Positions 11,445 to 20,283 of a DNA stretch of 64,000 nucleotides are shown here, piece after piece. The translations under genes were made by a program, and so were the position numbers. Under the pieces are notes generated by a model that did not search any database, was not told where the DNA came from, and worked only from the letters and a program-made list of their open reading frames with translations. Every line of letters begins with the position of its first letter. Within the stretch, counting starts at the first letter, position 1. This stretch comes from an uncultured Bacteroidota bacterium (lineage in GTDB: Bacteria; Bacteroidota; Bacteroidia; Bacteroidales; GCA-2748055), in contig CAVTME010000005.1 of the NCBI GenBank assembly GCA_963735755.1, forward strand, positions 150,973 to 214,972, written 5' to 3'.

Positions 11445-12315
11445 ATGAAAAATATCATTAAATACGTTTTGATCTTTGTCATAGGAGGTTTGGTACTGTC
11501 ATCATGTGAGGAAAAAGTTTCCAACCAGGAGAGCGCAGTCAATGACTATGATAAGAACAATACTACATACTATATCCAGTATCTCAATGCTTCGGCAAGT
11601 TATGCTACTGCGATTGATGCAGATGGACAACCCACTAACATCACGACCACTGTAGGTGTGGCTCTGCTGGGTGCTCCTCAATCCTCAGATGTTACAGTCG
11701 ACCTGGTGGTTGCTCCGGAATCCACCATGCCAGCTGATGCATATACACTGTCTTCAAATTCCATTGTTATTCCTGCCGGCGCTACCTCGGGTTCAGTGAA
11801 CCTGACAGCTCTTGCAGATAAGATGACTGAAGATGAAACTGTAAACCTGTATCCTGAACATGGATGCCGGTGGAGCTGAGGCCAATTCTGCGACCACGCT
11901 CAACTACGCCATGAAAAGGATCAAATTCTGCCCGCTCGAAGACCTGAATGACCTGGTTGGAGAATGGGAAGGATATGATGACTGGGGTTATGCGACAGAA
12001 GTTGTTACTTTCCTGGATGGAGAGAACTTCATGGCCGACGGTTTCACGGTAGGTTGGATGACTGACTATTGGGGTGAAGTTGTTACCGAGCAGATTCCGC
12101 TTGTTGTAACCATGAATCCTGACGGAACACTGGTCATCGACAACCAGTACTACATGTCAACCACCTGGAACGGTGATCCACAGCCAAGCTATGGTATCTC
12201 CGGTGTAGGAGTATGGGACAACTGCAAGAAGACCCTCGTTATTGATTATAACCTGCATCAGCCGTCTGACGGAGATGTTCTGACTACATTCCAGGAAGTT
12301 ATTTCTCTGAAATAG
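11445..12315 (+). pseudogene. Hypothetical lipoprotein of the SusC/D locus with one frameshift near 11870
   Basis: Lipobox (GGLVLSSCEE). Two ORFs (11445-11879 and 11860-12315) overlap in different frames and read as one protein. Confidence 0.5.
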
Positions 12316-12343
12316 ACCTGTCAGAATTAGGTTTTTAATACAC

Positions 12344-12383
12344 GGGGCTGCCTCTTTCCAAAGGGGGCAGCCCCATTTTTTTT
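12344..12383 (+). terminator. Rho-independent terminator after the SusC/D locus
   Basis: A perfect 9-bp GC-rich stem (GGGGCTGCC 12344-12352 with GGCAGCCCC 12366-12374) is followed by A + T8. Confidence 0.65.
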
Positions 12384-12412
12384 GCTATCTTTGACGATAA
12401 TTTTTTTTGCTT

Positions 12413-13319
12413 ATGAGCGATTACTCCATCACCCATTTGAGAGAACTTGAGGCCGAAGCGATCTACGTGATCAGGGAGGTAGGGGCCCAGTTTGAAAAAC
12501 CGACTTTGCTCTTTTCCGGGGGCAAAGATTCCATTGTGATGTATCACCTGGCCAGGAAAGCATTCTGGCCACAGCTTGTTCCTTTTCCCTGCCTGCATAT
12601 TGATACCGGCCACAATTTCGAGGAAACCCTTCGGTTTCGCGATGAGCTGATGGAATCAACAGGAGGCAGGGTGATTGTCCGCTACGTGCAGGATGCCATT
12701 GATTCCGGTAAGGCTGTAGAGGAAACGGGAGTGAATGCCAGCCGCAACCTGCTTCAGACCGTAACGCTGCTGGATGCCATCGAGGAGTTTAAATTTGATG
12801 CAGCGTTGGGTGGAGGAAGGCGTGATGAAGAAAAAGCCAGGGCCAAAGAGCGCTTCTTTTCCCACAGGGATGATTTCGGTCAGTGGGATCCCAAAGAACC
12901 AACGTCCCGAACTCTGGAATATATTCAACGGTAAGAAGCACATGGGGGAGCACTTCAGGGTATTCCCGTTCAGCAACTGGACCGAGATGGATGTCTGGCA
13001 ATATATATACCTGGAAGAGATAGCGATCCCCAATCTTTATTTTACCCATAAGAGAGAAGTATTTTACCGCGATGGCGTATGGCTTGCGAAAGCTCCTTTT
13101 ATGCAGCTGAAAGAGGGAGAATCCTATGAAAGCAAGGACGTGAGGTGCCGAACCATTGGTGATATTACTTGCACAGGACTGACCCTCTCTTCAGCCAATT
13201 CACTGGAAGATATTATCCAGGAAGTGGCAGCAGCCCGGTCTACGGAAAGGGGGGGCAGATACGATGATAAGCGATCGGAAGCTGCCATGGAGGACAGGAA
13301 GAAAGAGGGGTACTTCTAG
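12413..13319 (+). pseudogene. cysD: Sulfate adenylyltransferase subunit 2 (CysD) with one frameshift near 12895
   Basis: PAPS-reductase-like N-terminus (LLFSGGKDSIVMYHLARKAF...HIDTGHNFEE), and the second ORF continues with RPELWNIF...GEHFRVFPFSNWTEMDVWQYI...RCRTIGDITCTG. The junction reads WDPK|NQRPELW once a single extra base is removed. Confidence 0.88.
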
Positions 13320-13398
13320 TTCGCAGCAAAGCTGCTCACGTTAATAAGTTAGTATGTTATTCTGCTTGCTTAGCAAGCGTTAATAAAATCGATAATAA

Positions 13399-14679
13399 AT
13401 GAGTAACAAAGAGAATCCGGCTCCCGGTTATCTGGACATGGAACTGATGCGGTTTACTACTGCAGGAAGTGTGGATGATGGCAAAAGCACGCTCATCGGG
13501 CGTCTCCTTTATGATTCAAAAGCAATCTTCGAGGACCAGATGGAGCAGCTGGAGATGGCCAGTGAGCGCAGGGGTGAGGAACAGGTGAACCTGGCGCTTC
13601 TGACGGACGGACTGAGGGCCGAAAGAGAACAGGGTATTACCATCGATGTGGCTTACCGCTATTTTGCCACACCAAAGCGCAAGTTTATTATCGCAGATAC
13701 ACCCGGGCATGTTCAGTATACCCGGAACATGGTTACCGGAGCGTCCACAGCCAACCTGGCCATTATCCTGGTGGATGCAAGGCATGGTGTGCTGGAACAG
13801 ACCATCCGGCATTCATTCATTGCTTCCCTTCTTGGAATCCCACATATCCTGATCTGTGTGAACAAGATGGACCTGGTGGAATATAAGCAGGAGACATTTG
13901 AGACGATCAAAAAGCAGTTTGAGCCCTTCAGGGAGACCCTGAATATTCATGATGTCAGATTTACCCCCATCTCTGCACTGAATGGTGACAACGTGGTGGA
14001 CCGCAGTGAGAAAATGGACTGGTACCAGGGAGAGACCCTCCTCGAAATGCTGGAAACCATTGATATCAGAAGCGATTCGGATCTCAAAAACCGACGTTTT
14101 CCGGTACAGTATGTCATCAGACCCATGAGGGAGGAGTTTCACGATTACAGAAGCTATGCAGGCCGGGTAGCCGGTGGGGTCTGGAAAAAGGGCGAAAAGG
14201 TCGCTGTCTTACCCGGTGGTCAGGAAAGCACTTTGGAGGCCATCGATACCATGACCGGAGAGGTAGAGGAAGCCTTTCCACCGCAGTCTGTGGCTTTTCG
14301 TCTGAGTGATGACATTGATATCAGCCGGGGAGATATGATTGTTCCGGTAGAGCATAAACCCAGGATTGGGCAGGAAATAGACCTGATGGTTTGCTGGCTG
14401 AATGAGAAACCCATGGTGCTGGGGGGGAAATATGTAATCCGTCACACCACCTCCGAGTTAAGGGGGATTATAAGGGAAGTGGCCTACAAGGTCAATATCA
14501 ACAATCTGGAGCAGAATCTGGAAGACAAAGGAGTGGGTCTCAATGAGATTGCCCGCATCCGGATCAAGACTTCCAAGCCCGTCTTTTACGACAGCTACAA
14601 AGAAAACCGCATCACAGGCAGCATCATCATCATTGATGAGGCTAGCAACAACACGGTTGGGGCAGGAATGATCCTGTAA
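13399..14679 (+). CDS. cysN: Sulfate adenylyltransferase subunit 1 (CysN GTPase, no fused APS kinase)
   Basis: G1 GSVDDGKST, G3 DTPGH and G4 NKMD motifs. It is 426 aa and lies immediately downstream of cysD. Confidence 0.9.
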   Translation: MSNKENPAPGYLDMELMRFTTAGSVDDGKSTLIGRLLYDSKAIFEDQMEQLEMASERRGEEQVNLALLTDGLRAEREQGITIDVAYRYFATPKRKFIIADTPGHVQYTRNMVTGASTANLAIILVDARHGVLEQTIRHSFIASLLGIPHILICVNKMDLVEYKQETFETIKKQFEPFRETLNIHDVRFTPISALNGDNVVDRSEKMDWYQGETLLEMLETIDIRSDSDLKNRRFPVQYVIRPMREEFHDYRSYAGRVAGGVWKKGEKVAVLPGGQESTLEAIDTMTGEVEEAFPPQSVAFRLSDDIDISRGDMIVPVEHKPRIGQEIDLMVCWLNEKPMVLGGKYVIRHTTSELRGIIREVAYKVNINNLEQNLEDKGVGLNEIARIRIKTSKPVFYDSYKENRITGSIIIIDEASNNTVGAGMIL

Positions 14680-14685
14680 GCGTCT

Positions 14686-15435
14686 TTAAGAACCTGATTC
14701 CAGTAAACTGCTGTAGTAGCTGGCAATGGCCTGAAGATCCTTCGCTTTCTTGACGGATAGTTTTTTCTCTTTCATGTACTGCCTGACCTGGTCCTGGTGA
14801 TCGTCAATCACTTCAAGAAAATCCCTCTTATTGTTGATCTTCAGCGCGGCTGAACCTTGGTTTTTGATATAGTAGCTGTTTACCTGTTTCATCTTGAACT
14901 CCTTGGTTCCGCCTCCGCCACCATAGTTGGAAACATAGATGTCCTGCTCCAGTTCAATCTCTCTTTTGAAGAGAACCGTCATGTGTTCATTCTCCTCAAT
15001 CACCTCGAAGTAGCCGGTTGCCACCCGGTCGGCTTCAAGCATGAATACCTCGTATACGAATTTCTGATTCCCTAATTTTATAGAGCTAAGAGCCAGCGGC
15101 TTGAAGATGGTAGCAGTATCGCCATTCAGAATAAACTGCATCTTATCTCCATAGATATCATACCTGTATTTTAATCCGGGCACCACCGTCCCATCAAGGG
15201 CTGTCATGGTTCCATCTCTGAATTCCTTATAGAGGTAGGGTGATCCATGAAGTGAGGCAGCTGAATTCTCATAGCGCATGGTGGCAACACCATCAATTAC
15301 ATCCACCTGGTTCGGCTCCATATTCACTGTGCTCAGACTAAAGGAGCCCTGACCTTCATTAAAACTAACCTGGGCAGAAAGAGATCCTGCTAAGAGTAGG
15401 GCCAAAACTGTAAGGGTAATTCGATTGATTTTCAT
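14686..15435 (-). CDS. Exported hypothetical protein, A family, copy A2
   Basis: The ATG at 15435 gives signal peptide MKINRITLTVLALLLAGSLSAQ. The longer ORF-track N-terminus overlaps the upstream gene and is the alternate frame of duplicated DNA. Well over half of its positions are identical to A1 (17196-17942) by eye. Confidence 0.7.
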   Translation of the reverse strand: MKINRITLTVLALLLAGSLSAQVSFNEGQGSFSLSTVNMEPNQVDVIDGVATMRYENSAASLHGSPYLYKEFRDGTMTALDGTVVPGLKYRYDIYGDKMQFILNGDTATIFKPLALSSIKLGNQKFVYEVFMLEADRVATGYFEVIEENEHMTVLFKREIELEQDIYVSNYGGGGGTKEFKMKQVNSYYIKNQGSAALKINNKRDFLEVIDDHQDQVRQYMKEKKLSVKKAKDLQAIASYYSSLLESGS

Positions 15436-15455
15436 TTGATTTTTCAATAATGGGG

Positions 15456-16271
15456 TTAAAATTGAACGCTGTAACTTAGCGCGAGACCTTCTTTTACCGG
15501 AATCAGGCCAACATGCCCTTTGACGCTGTTGTATATACGGTTGTTGACGACACCTTTCCTGGCCACCCATATTACATCAAAGAGCCATGATGCGATTCCT
15601 ATTCCCAGGATTATTTCCGCATCTTTATGGAAAAGCCAGTATTCTGTACTGGCAGGTTCAACCAGATAGCCGTCTGGAAAATATTTATACTTTTCTCCCG
15701 GAGGTGCATCTGCGGACAGGTAATATCCCGGAGGTGCTATTACGGCAGGGACATCCATCCGGTTCTTGTAGGCTGCCCAGGAGAGTCCCAGGATTCCGGC
15801 TGTTAAAGCAGTTTTATAATAGGGTTTGATTCTCAATTGTCTTGCATCGGTCACAAAATAATCCCCAAGTCCGGGCAGCAGTAAGGAGAGTGCTGCGTAC
15901 TCAGGTCCACGGGCATGTTTCCTGTGATCGCCTGCATCGATGATTACCCTGGGCTTGAAGTCCCCGTATACCACATCAAATTCCCTGTAGATGTCCCACA
16001 CAATCTTTTTATCCTTTCCTACCGCAATAAGGGGGCCAAAATCTCCCGATACCGAATCAGGGTAGATGGCATTGCCTTTGTTATCCACCACCACCAAATC
16101 GATGTGGTGATAGGATTCTGAAGACGGGCTTATGATATCATACCTAACTACCAGTGATTTACCGGTCATCTGGGTGCGGACGTTCTCCACCCGGGCACTT
16201 GAATTCTGAGCATTAACCATCGTCAATACGACAAAGATGCAGATGAAAGCGATTGTGAGTTTTTTCATCAT
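15456..16271 (-). CDS. Hypothetical exported/membrane protein, B family, copy B2
   Basis: Signal peptide, a beta-rich N-domain, three hydrophobic segments and a C-terminal LALSYSVQF. About four fifths of positions are identical to B1 by eye. Confidence 0.7.
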   Translation of the reverse strand: MMKKLTIAFICIFVVLTMVNAQNSSARVENVRTQMTGKSLVVRYDIISPSSESYHHIDLVVVDNKGNAIYPDSVSGDFGPLIAVGKDKKIVWDIYREFDVVYGDFKPRVIIDAGDHRKHARGPEYAALSLLLPGLGDYFVTDARQLRIKPYYKTALTAGILGLSWAAYKNRMDVPAVIAPPGYYLSADAPPGEKYKYFPDGYLVEPASTEYWLFHKDAEIILGIGIASWLFDVIWVARKGVVNNRIYNSVKGHVGLIPVKEGLALSYSVQF

Positions 16272-16356
16272 CTTCGGTTTTATTCAAATTTACATAAAAC
16301 AAAGGAATTTGGACCAAAGCTGTTTATCGGATTTAGCTCTATTGGGTCGAACCGGT

Positions 16357-17163
16357 TTAGAATTGCACGCTGTAGCCAAGCATTAGTCCTTCTCTTGCCG
16401 GAAGCAGGGCAACATGCCCTTTTACACTGTTGTATATGCGGTTGTTGACGACACCTTTCCTGGTCACCCAGATCACATCGAAGAGCCACGAAGCGATTCC
16501 TATTCCAAGGATGATCTCAGCATCTTTCGGGAAGAGCCAATAATCTATGCTGGCTGGTTTAATCATGTAACCGTCTGGAAAGTATACATAGTCGACGGAT
16601 CCTGCTGACAGGTACCAGCCTGGCGGGGCCATTACTGCCGGGATATCAACCCGCTCTCTGTAGGCTGCCCAGGAGAGTCCGAGGATTCCTGCTGTTACTG
16701 CAGTTTTATAATAGGGTTTGATCTTTAATTGTTTCACATCGGCCACAAAATAATCCCCAAGTCCGGGTAGCAACAGGGAGAGCGCTGCGTATTCAGGACC
16801 ATGGGTATGTTTCCTGTGTTCACCTGCATCGATGATTATCCGGGGGGTGAAATTTCCGTAAACCACATCAAACTCCCTGTAAATATCCCATACAATCTTC
16901 TTGTCTCTTCCGGCAGCAATGAGGGGGCCAAAATCTCCTGATACCGAATCAGGATAGATGGCATTGCCCTTGTTATCCACCACCACAAAATCGATGTTGT
17001 GATAGGATTCTGAAGACGGACCAAGGATATCATAACTGACTACCAGTGATTTACCGGTCATCTGTGTGCGTACGTTCTCTACCCGGGTTGTTGCATTCTG
17101 GGCCTGGAGCATTGTTAATCCGGCAAAGATGCTGATGAGAGCGATTGTGGGTTTTTTCATCAT
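16357..17163 (-). CDS. Hypothetical exported/membrane protein, B family, copy B1
   Basis: Collinear paralogue of 15456-16271, with one 3-aa indel. Confidence 0.7.
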   Translation of the reverse strand: MMKKPTIALISIFAGLTMLQAQNATTRVENVRTQMTGKSLVVSYDILGPSSESYHNIDFVVVDNKGNAIYPDSVSGDFGPLIAAGRDKKIVWDIYREFDVVYGNFTPRIIIDAGEHRKHTHGPEYAALSLLLPGLGDYFVADVKQLKIKPYYKTAVTAGILGLSWAAYRERVDIPAVMAPPGWYLSAGSVDYVYFPDGYMIKPASIDYWLFPKDAEIILGIGIASWLFDVIWVTRKGVVNNRIYNSVKGHVALLPAREGLMLGYSVQF

Positions 17164-17195
17164 CTTCGAAGTTTACTCTTATTCACATCAATCAT

Positions 17196-17942
17196 CTAAG
17201 AACCAGATTCCTGAATGCTGTTGTAGTACCTGGCGATGTCCTGGATATCCTCAGCTCTTTTTATGGAAAGTTCTTTCTCTTTCATAAATTCCTTGACCTG
17301 GCCCCTGTGATCCGGGATTGCTTCCAGAAGATCCCTTTTGTTACCGATCTTCAGTGCTGCTGATTCGCCATGCTTTACATAGACGCTGTGAACCTGCTTC
17401 AGATTGAATGCTTTTGTTCCACCACCACCTCCGTAATTGGCCATGTAGATGTCCTGTTCAAATTCAACCTCCCTTTTGAGCAGGACCGACAGGTATTCAC
17501 TATCCTGGAGTAATTCAAAATAGCCGGTAGCCACACTGTTGTCATTCAGCAAGTATACTTCATAAACGAATTTCCGTTCTCCCAGTTCAACCGAGCGCAG
17601 GGCCAGGGGTTTTCTGATGGTAGCCGTATCGCCGTCTAAAATAAAATCCATTTTGTCACCATATATATCATACCTGTATTTTAATCCCGGTATGATGGTC
17701 CCATCCAGGGTAGTCATGGTTCCATCCAAAAATTCATCGTTGAAATAGGGGGATCCGCTGAGACCTGCAGGATCGTTGGTATAACGCGCAGTAGCCACTC
17801 CATCAATGACATCCACCTTGTATGTATCCATGTTCGCTGTGCTCAGGATGAAGAAGTGTTGATGGGCCCGAATACTCACCTGGGCGGTCACATATCCTGA
17901 GACTAAGATGGTCATGAAACCAAATGTGAGCTTTCTAAACAT
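17196..17942 (-). CDS. Exported hypothetical protein, A family, copy A1
   Basis: Signal peptide. Shared blocks with A2: VDVIDGVAT.RY, GSPY, PGLKYRYDIYGDKM.FIL.GDTATI.KPLAL, NYGGGGGTK. Confidence 0.7.
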   Translation of the reverse strand: MFRKLTFGFMTILVSGYVTAQVSIRAHQHFFILSTANMDTYKVDVIDGVATARYTNDPAGLSGSPYFNDEFLDGTMTTLDGTIIPGLKYRYDIYGDKMDFILDGDTATIRKPLALRSVELGERKFVYEVYLLNDNSVATGYFELLQDSEYLSVLLKREVEFEQDIYMANYGGGGGTKAFNLKQVHSVYVKHGESAALKIGNKRDLLEAIPDHRGQVKEFMKEKELSIKRAEDIQDIARYYNSIQESGS

Positions 17943-17970
17943 CTTGATTTATTCAATTAAAGATAGAAAA

Positions 17971-19431
17971 ATGTCTCGTAGGGTATTTATATTCTATAGC
18001 ATCTTATATGTGATGTGTACTTCAGATAAATACACGATTTGTGTCTTGCGATACCTCCTTACGATCTTCATGGTACTGCTATGGCATGACCTGCTTTTAA
18101 CTGGTCAGATTCCAGCTGATTCGGACGAATGCGATGGCCTAAAAAATGGGATTGTTATTGATACAGTAATATGCAAAGAGGATCATCAACAGTCCTACGC
18201 TTTGTATCTCCCTTCATATTACAACGCTGATAATAAGTGGCCTGTGGTATTTATTTTCGAACCGGCAGCCAGGGGGCAAATGGCTGTAGACACTTTCCGG
18301 CAGGCAGGTGAAAGATTTGGAATGATCCTGATCTGTTCCAACAACTCCTCGAATGCATCATATGCGGGTTCTGAAAATGCTGCGGAGGCCATAATCAGAG
18401 ATGCATTGATCAGGTTCTCTGTCGATACTTCTATGCTGTTTGTTTCAGGATTTTCTGGTGGCTCAAGGTTCGCATCGGATCTGGCCATTAGAGATTCAAG
18501 GATCAAAGGAGTCCTCGCATGTGGTGCAGGCCTCTCACAGAATAATATAACGCGACTACAAATTCCGTGGACATTCAGTTATTATGGGATCATTGGGTAC
18601 AGGGACATCAATCTTCCCGATATGAATGAAACAGGGGAGCGTCTATCTTCGAAGGGGGTCAGGTACCATATCCAGTACAATGATATAAAGCATGTTTGGC
18701 CTCTGGCAGAGGAGATTGCTGCTGGCGTGTCCTGGCTCAGGTTCATAAACGATAGTAGCAACAGTGTTGCAAGGAAGTATTATCAGGATTATCAGCTGGG
18801 TAAAATTGAATCCATGGAGGAAACTGGAGACTATCTGGATGCTGCTGTGAGGCTGGAGTCTGTGAAGGACGATTTCCCGGATCCCGGACTCACCTCACAT
18901 CTGGAAGAACTGATGAAAAAGAAAGGTTATGTCAAGCAGGCCAGAAAAAGAAGAACAGCATACCTGGAGGAGCCCGGGATGAAGTCAAAGTATATTGATG
19001 TACTTGACTACTATGAATTAACAACACCCCTGCGGCCCGATACTATTCATACTTCCCAATGGTGGGACCTTGAGATTGACAAACTGAAACGCTGGGAGCG
19101 TTCAAATCATCTGGAAACTTCCAGACTGGCTTCAAGGTTGCTCTATCTGCTGGAAATGAATTTCCAAAAGGATATTCAACTGTATCTGTCAGAAAAACAA
19201 TGGGATAAGGCGGTATTTATTGCGGACCGTTGGCTTCGAATAGCCCCAGACCAATTTTGGACACTCTGGAATGTGGCACATGTATATACCAAGAGTGGAG
19301 ATCACAGTAAGGCAATCAGCATCATCGAAAGGATGATCCAGTCGGGGGATGCCAGGCTGGAGTGGTTTCAGGATGCAAAAGAATTTGAAACCCTGAGGAG
19401 TGCCCTGGAATTTATCACCCCAGTCTTTTAA
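17971..19431 (+). CDS. Alpha/beta hydrolase (esterase/peptidase-like) with a C-terminal helical, TPR-like region
   Basis: GxSxG nucleophile elbow (VSGFSGGSRFA) after YALYLPSYYNADNKWPVVFIFEP, a pattern typical of secreted esterases. The ATG at 17971 is preferred over the ORF-track start. Confidence 0.6.
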   Translation: MSRRVFIFYSILYVMCTSDKYTICVLRYLLTIFMVLLWHDLLLTGQIPADSDECDGLKNGIVIDTVICKEDHQQSYALYLPSYYNADNKWPVVFIFEPAARGQMAVDTFRQAGERFGMILICSNNSSNASYAGSENAAEAIIRDALIRFSVDTSMLFVSGFSGGSRFASDLAIRDSRIKGVLACGAGLSQNNITRLQIPWTFSYYGIIGYRDINLPDMNETGERLSSKGVRYHIQYNDIKHVWPLAEEIAAGVSWLRFINDSSNSVARKYYQDYQLGKIESMEETGDYLDAAVRLESVKDDFPDPGLTSHLEELMKKKGYVKQARKRRTAYLEEPGMKSKYIDVLDYYELTTPLRPDTIHTSQWWDLEIDKLKRWERSNHLETSRLASRLLYLLEMNFQKDIQLYLSEKQWDKAVFIADRWLRIAPDQFWTLWNVAHVYTKSGDHSKAISIIERMIQSGDARLEWFQDAKEFETLRSALEFITPVF

Positions 19432-20182
19432 TGATCCTGAGCCGGTGGGTGTATCCTTCAGTATCTGCGTTGAATATACCCTGGTGATCCAGTGTATCGA
19501 TCCTCACCTGGTCATAGGCATGGATAATCCTTCCCTGGCCAAGCGCCATCCCCACATGGTTGATCTCTCCAGCCTGATTATCAAAAAATGCCAGGTCTCC
19601 TTTTTCAACTTCATGAATGAAGCTCAAAGAGGAGCCTGATTCGGCCTGGGCACTGCAATCCCTGGGCATGGAAACTCCCATGATTCTGCAAAGCAATTGT
19701 ATGAAGCCTGGAGCGTCAAAGCCAAAACCACATCGCCCACCGTACAGGCCCGGGACAGATAGCAGCTGTTTGCCGATCTCTTCAGGGTCATTGTGCATAC
19801 CGGGGTCCGTCCATCCCTTTTCAGAAAGAAGCTCAAAACTTCTTCTCCCGGCCGTCCATGTTTTTCCTGCAGTCGCATTCCATATGGATCCTGCTGGCAG
19901 GATCATGGGCATGGCGCGGTCCAGGTCCTTTATGGATACGACTGGCTTAACGGCAATTTTAAATACCCGCCTGTCTCCCTCCTCTTCCTCCAGAGCTTGA
20001 ATGGACGCATTGTCTGCCCACCCTTCCGTACCATCGAATTCGAGCTTTACATGGTGCCAGGATCCACTGGTTTTCATGATGTGAAATATTTCTCCAAACA
20101 GGATCTGGGAGATCATTTCAGATGTATGAGATGGATCCTGCCTGAGGGGTATAAATCCCTGTATTGCGATGCCTTTTGTCAT
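19415..20182 (-). CDS. SH3b + NlpC/P60 (C40) family protein; the canonical catalytic Cys position reads Ala
   Basis: C-terminal NlpC/P60 pattern: YGGRCGFGFDAPGFIQLLCRIMGVSMPRDCSAQ...GDLAFF......INHVGMALGQGRIIHA. The N-terminal half resembles bacterial SH3 domains. Confidence 0.7.
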   Translation of the reverse strand: MTKGIAIQGFIPLRQDPSHTSEMISQILFGEIFHIMKTSGSWHHVKLEFDGTEGWADNASIQALEEEEGDRRVFKIAVKPVVSIKDLDRAMPMILPAGSIWNATAGKTWTAGRRSFELLSEKGWTDPGMHNDPEEIGKQLLSVPGLYGGRCGFGFDAPGFIQLLCRIMGVSMPRDCSAQAESGSSLSFIHEVEKGDLAFFDNQAGEINHVGMALGQGRIIHAYDQVRIDTLDHQGIFNADTEGYTHRLRIIKRLG

Positions 20183-20283
20183 TGGGTTCGATCTTCAGAT
20201 GTTGACCCATGCAATTTGGCAAAGGTCGAACAAAAATGCAAGGTAAGGGTTTAAAAGTGAAAAAGAACTCCTATTTTCACCCC

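Noticed and set aside
12335-12613. 92-aa minus-strand ORF spanning the terminator and the cysD start
   Set aside because: It overlaps the cysD 5' end antisense and includes the terminator hairpin. It has no support.
16280-16489. 69-aa ORF whose peptide (DQERCRQQPHIQQCKRAC) resembles the N-terminal extension of ORF 14686-15570 (GQERCRQQPYIQQRQRAC)
   Set aside because: Both are the same alternate reading frame across the duplicated 3' ends of the B1 and B2 genes. The similarity reflects the DNA-level duplication and not a conserved small gene.
20176-20200. tRNA-like T-arm sequence (GGGTTCGATC)
   Set aside because: The flanking sequence cannot be folded into acceptor, D and anticodon arms. It overlaps the start of the C40 gene.
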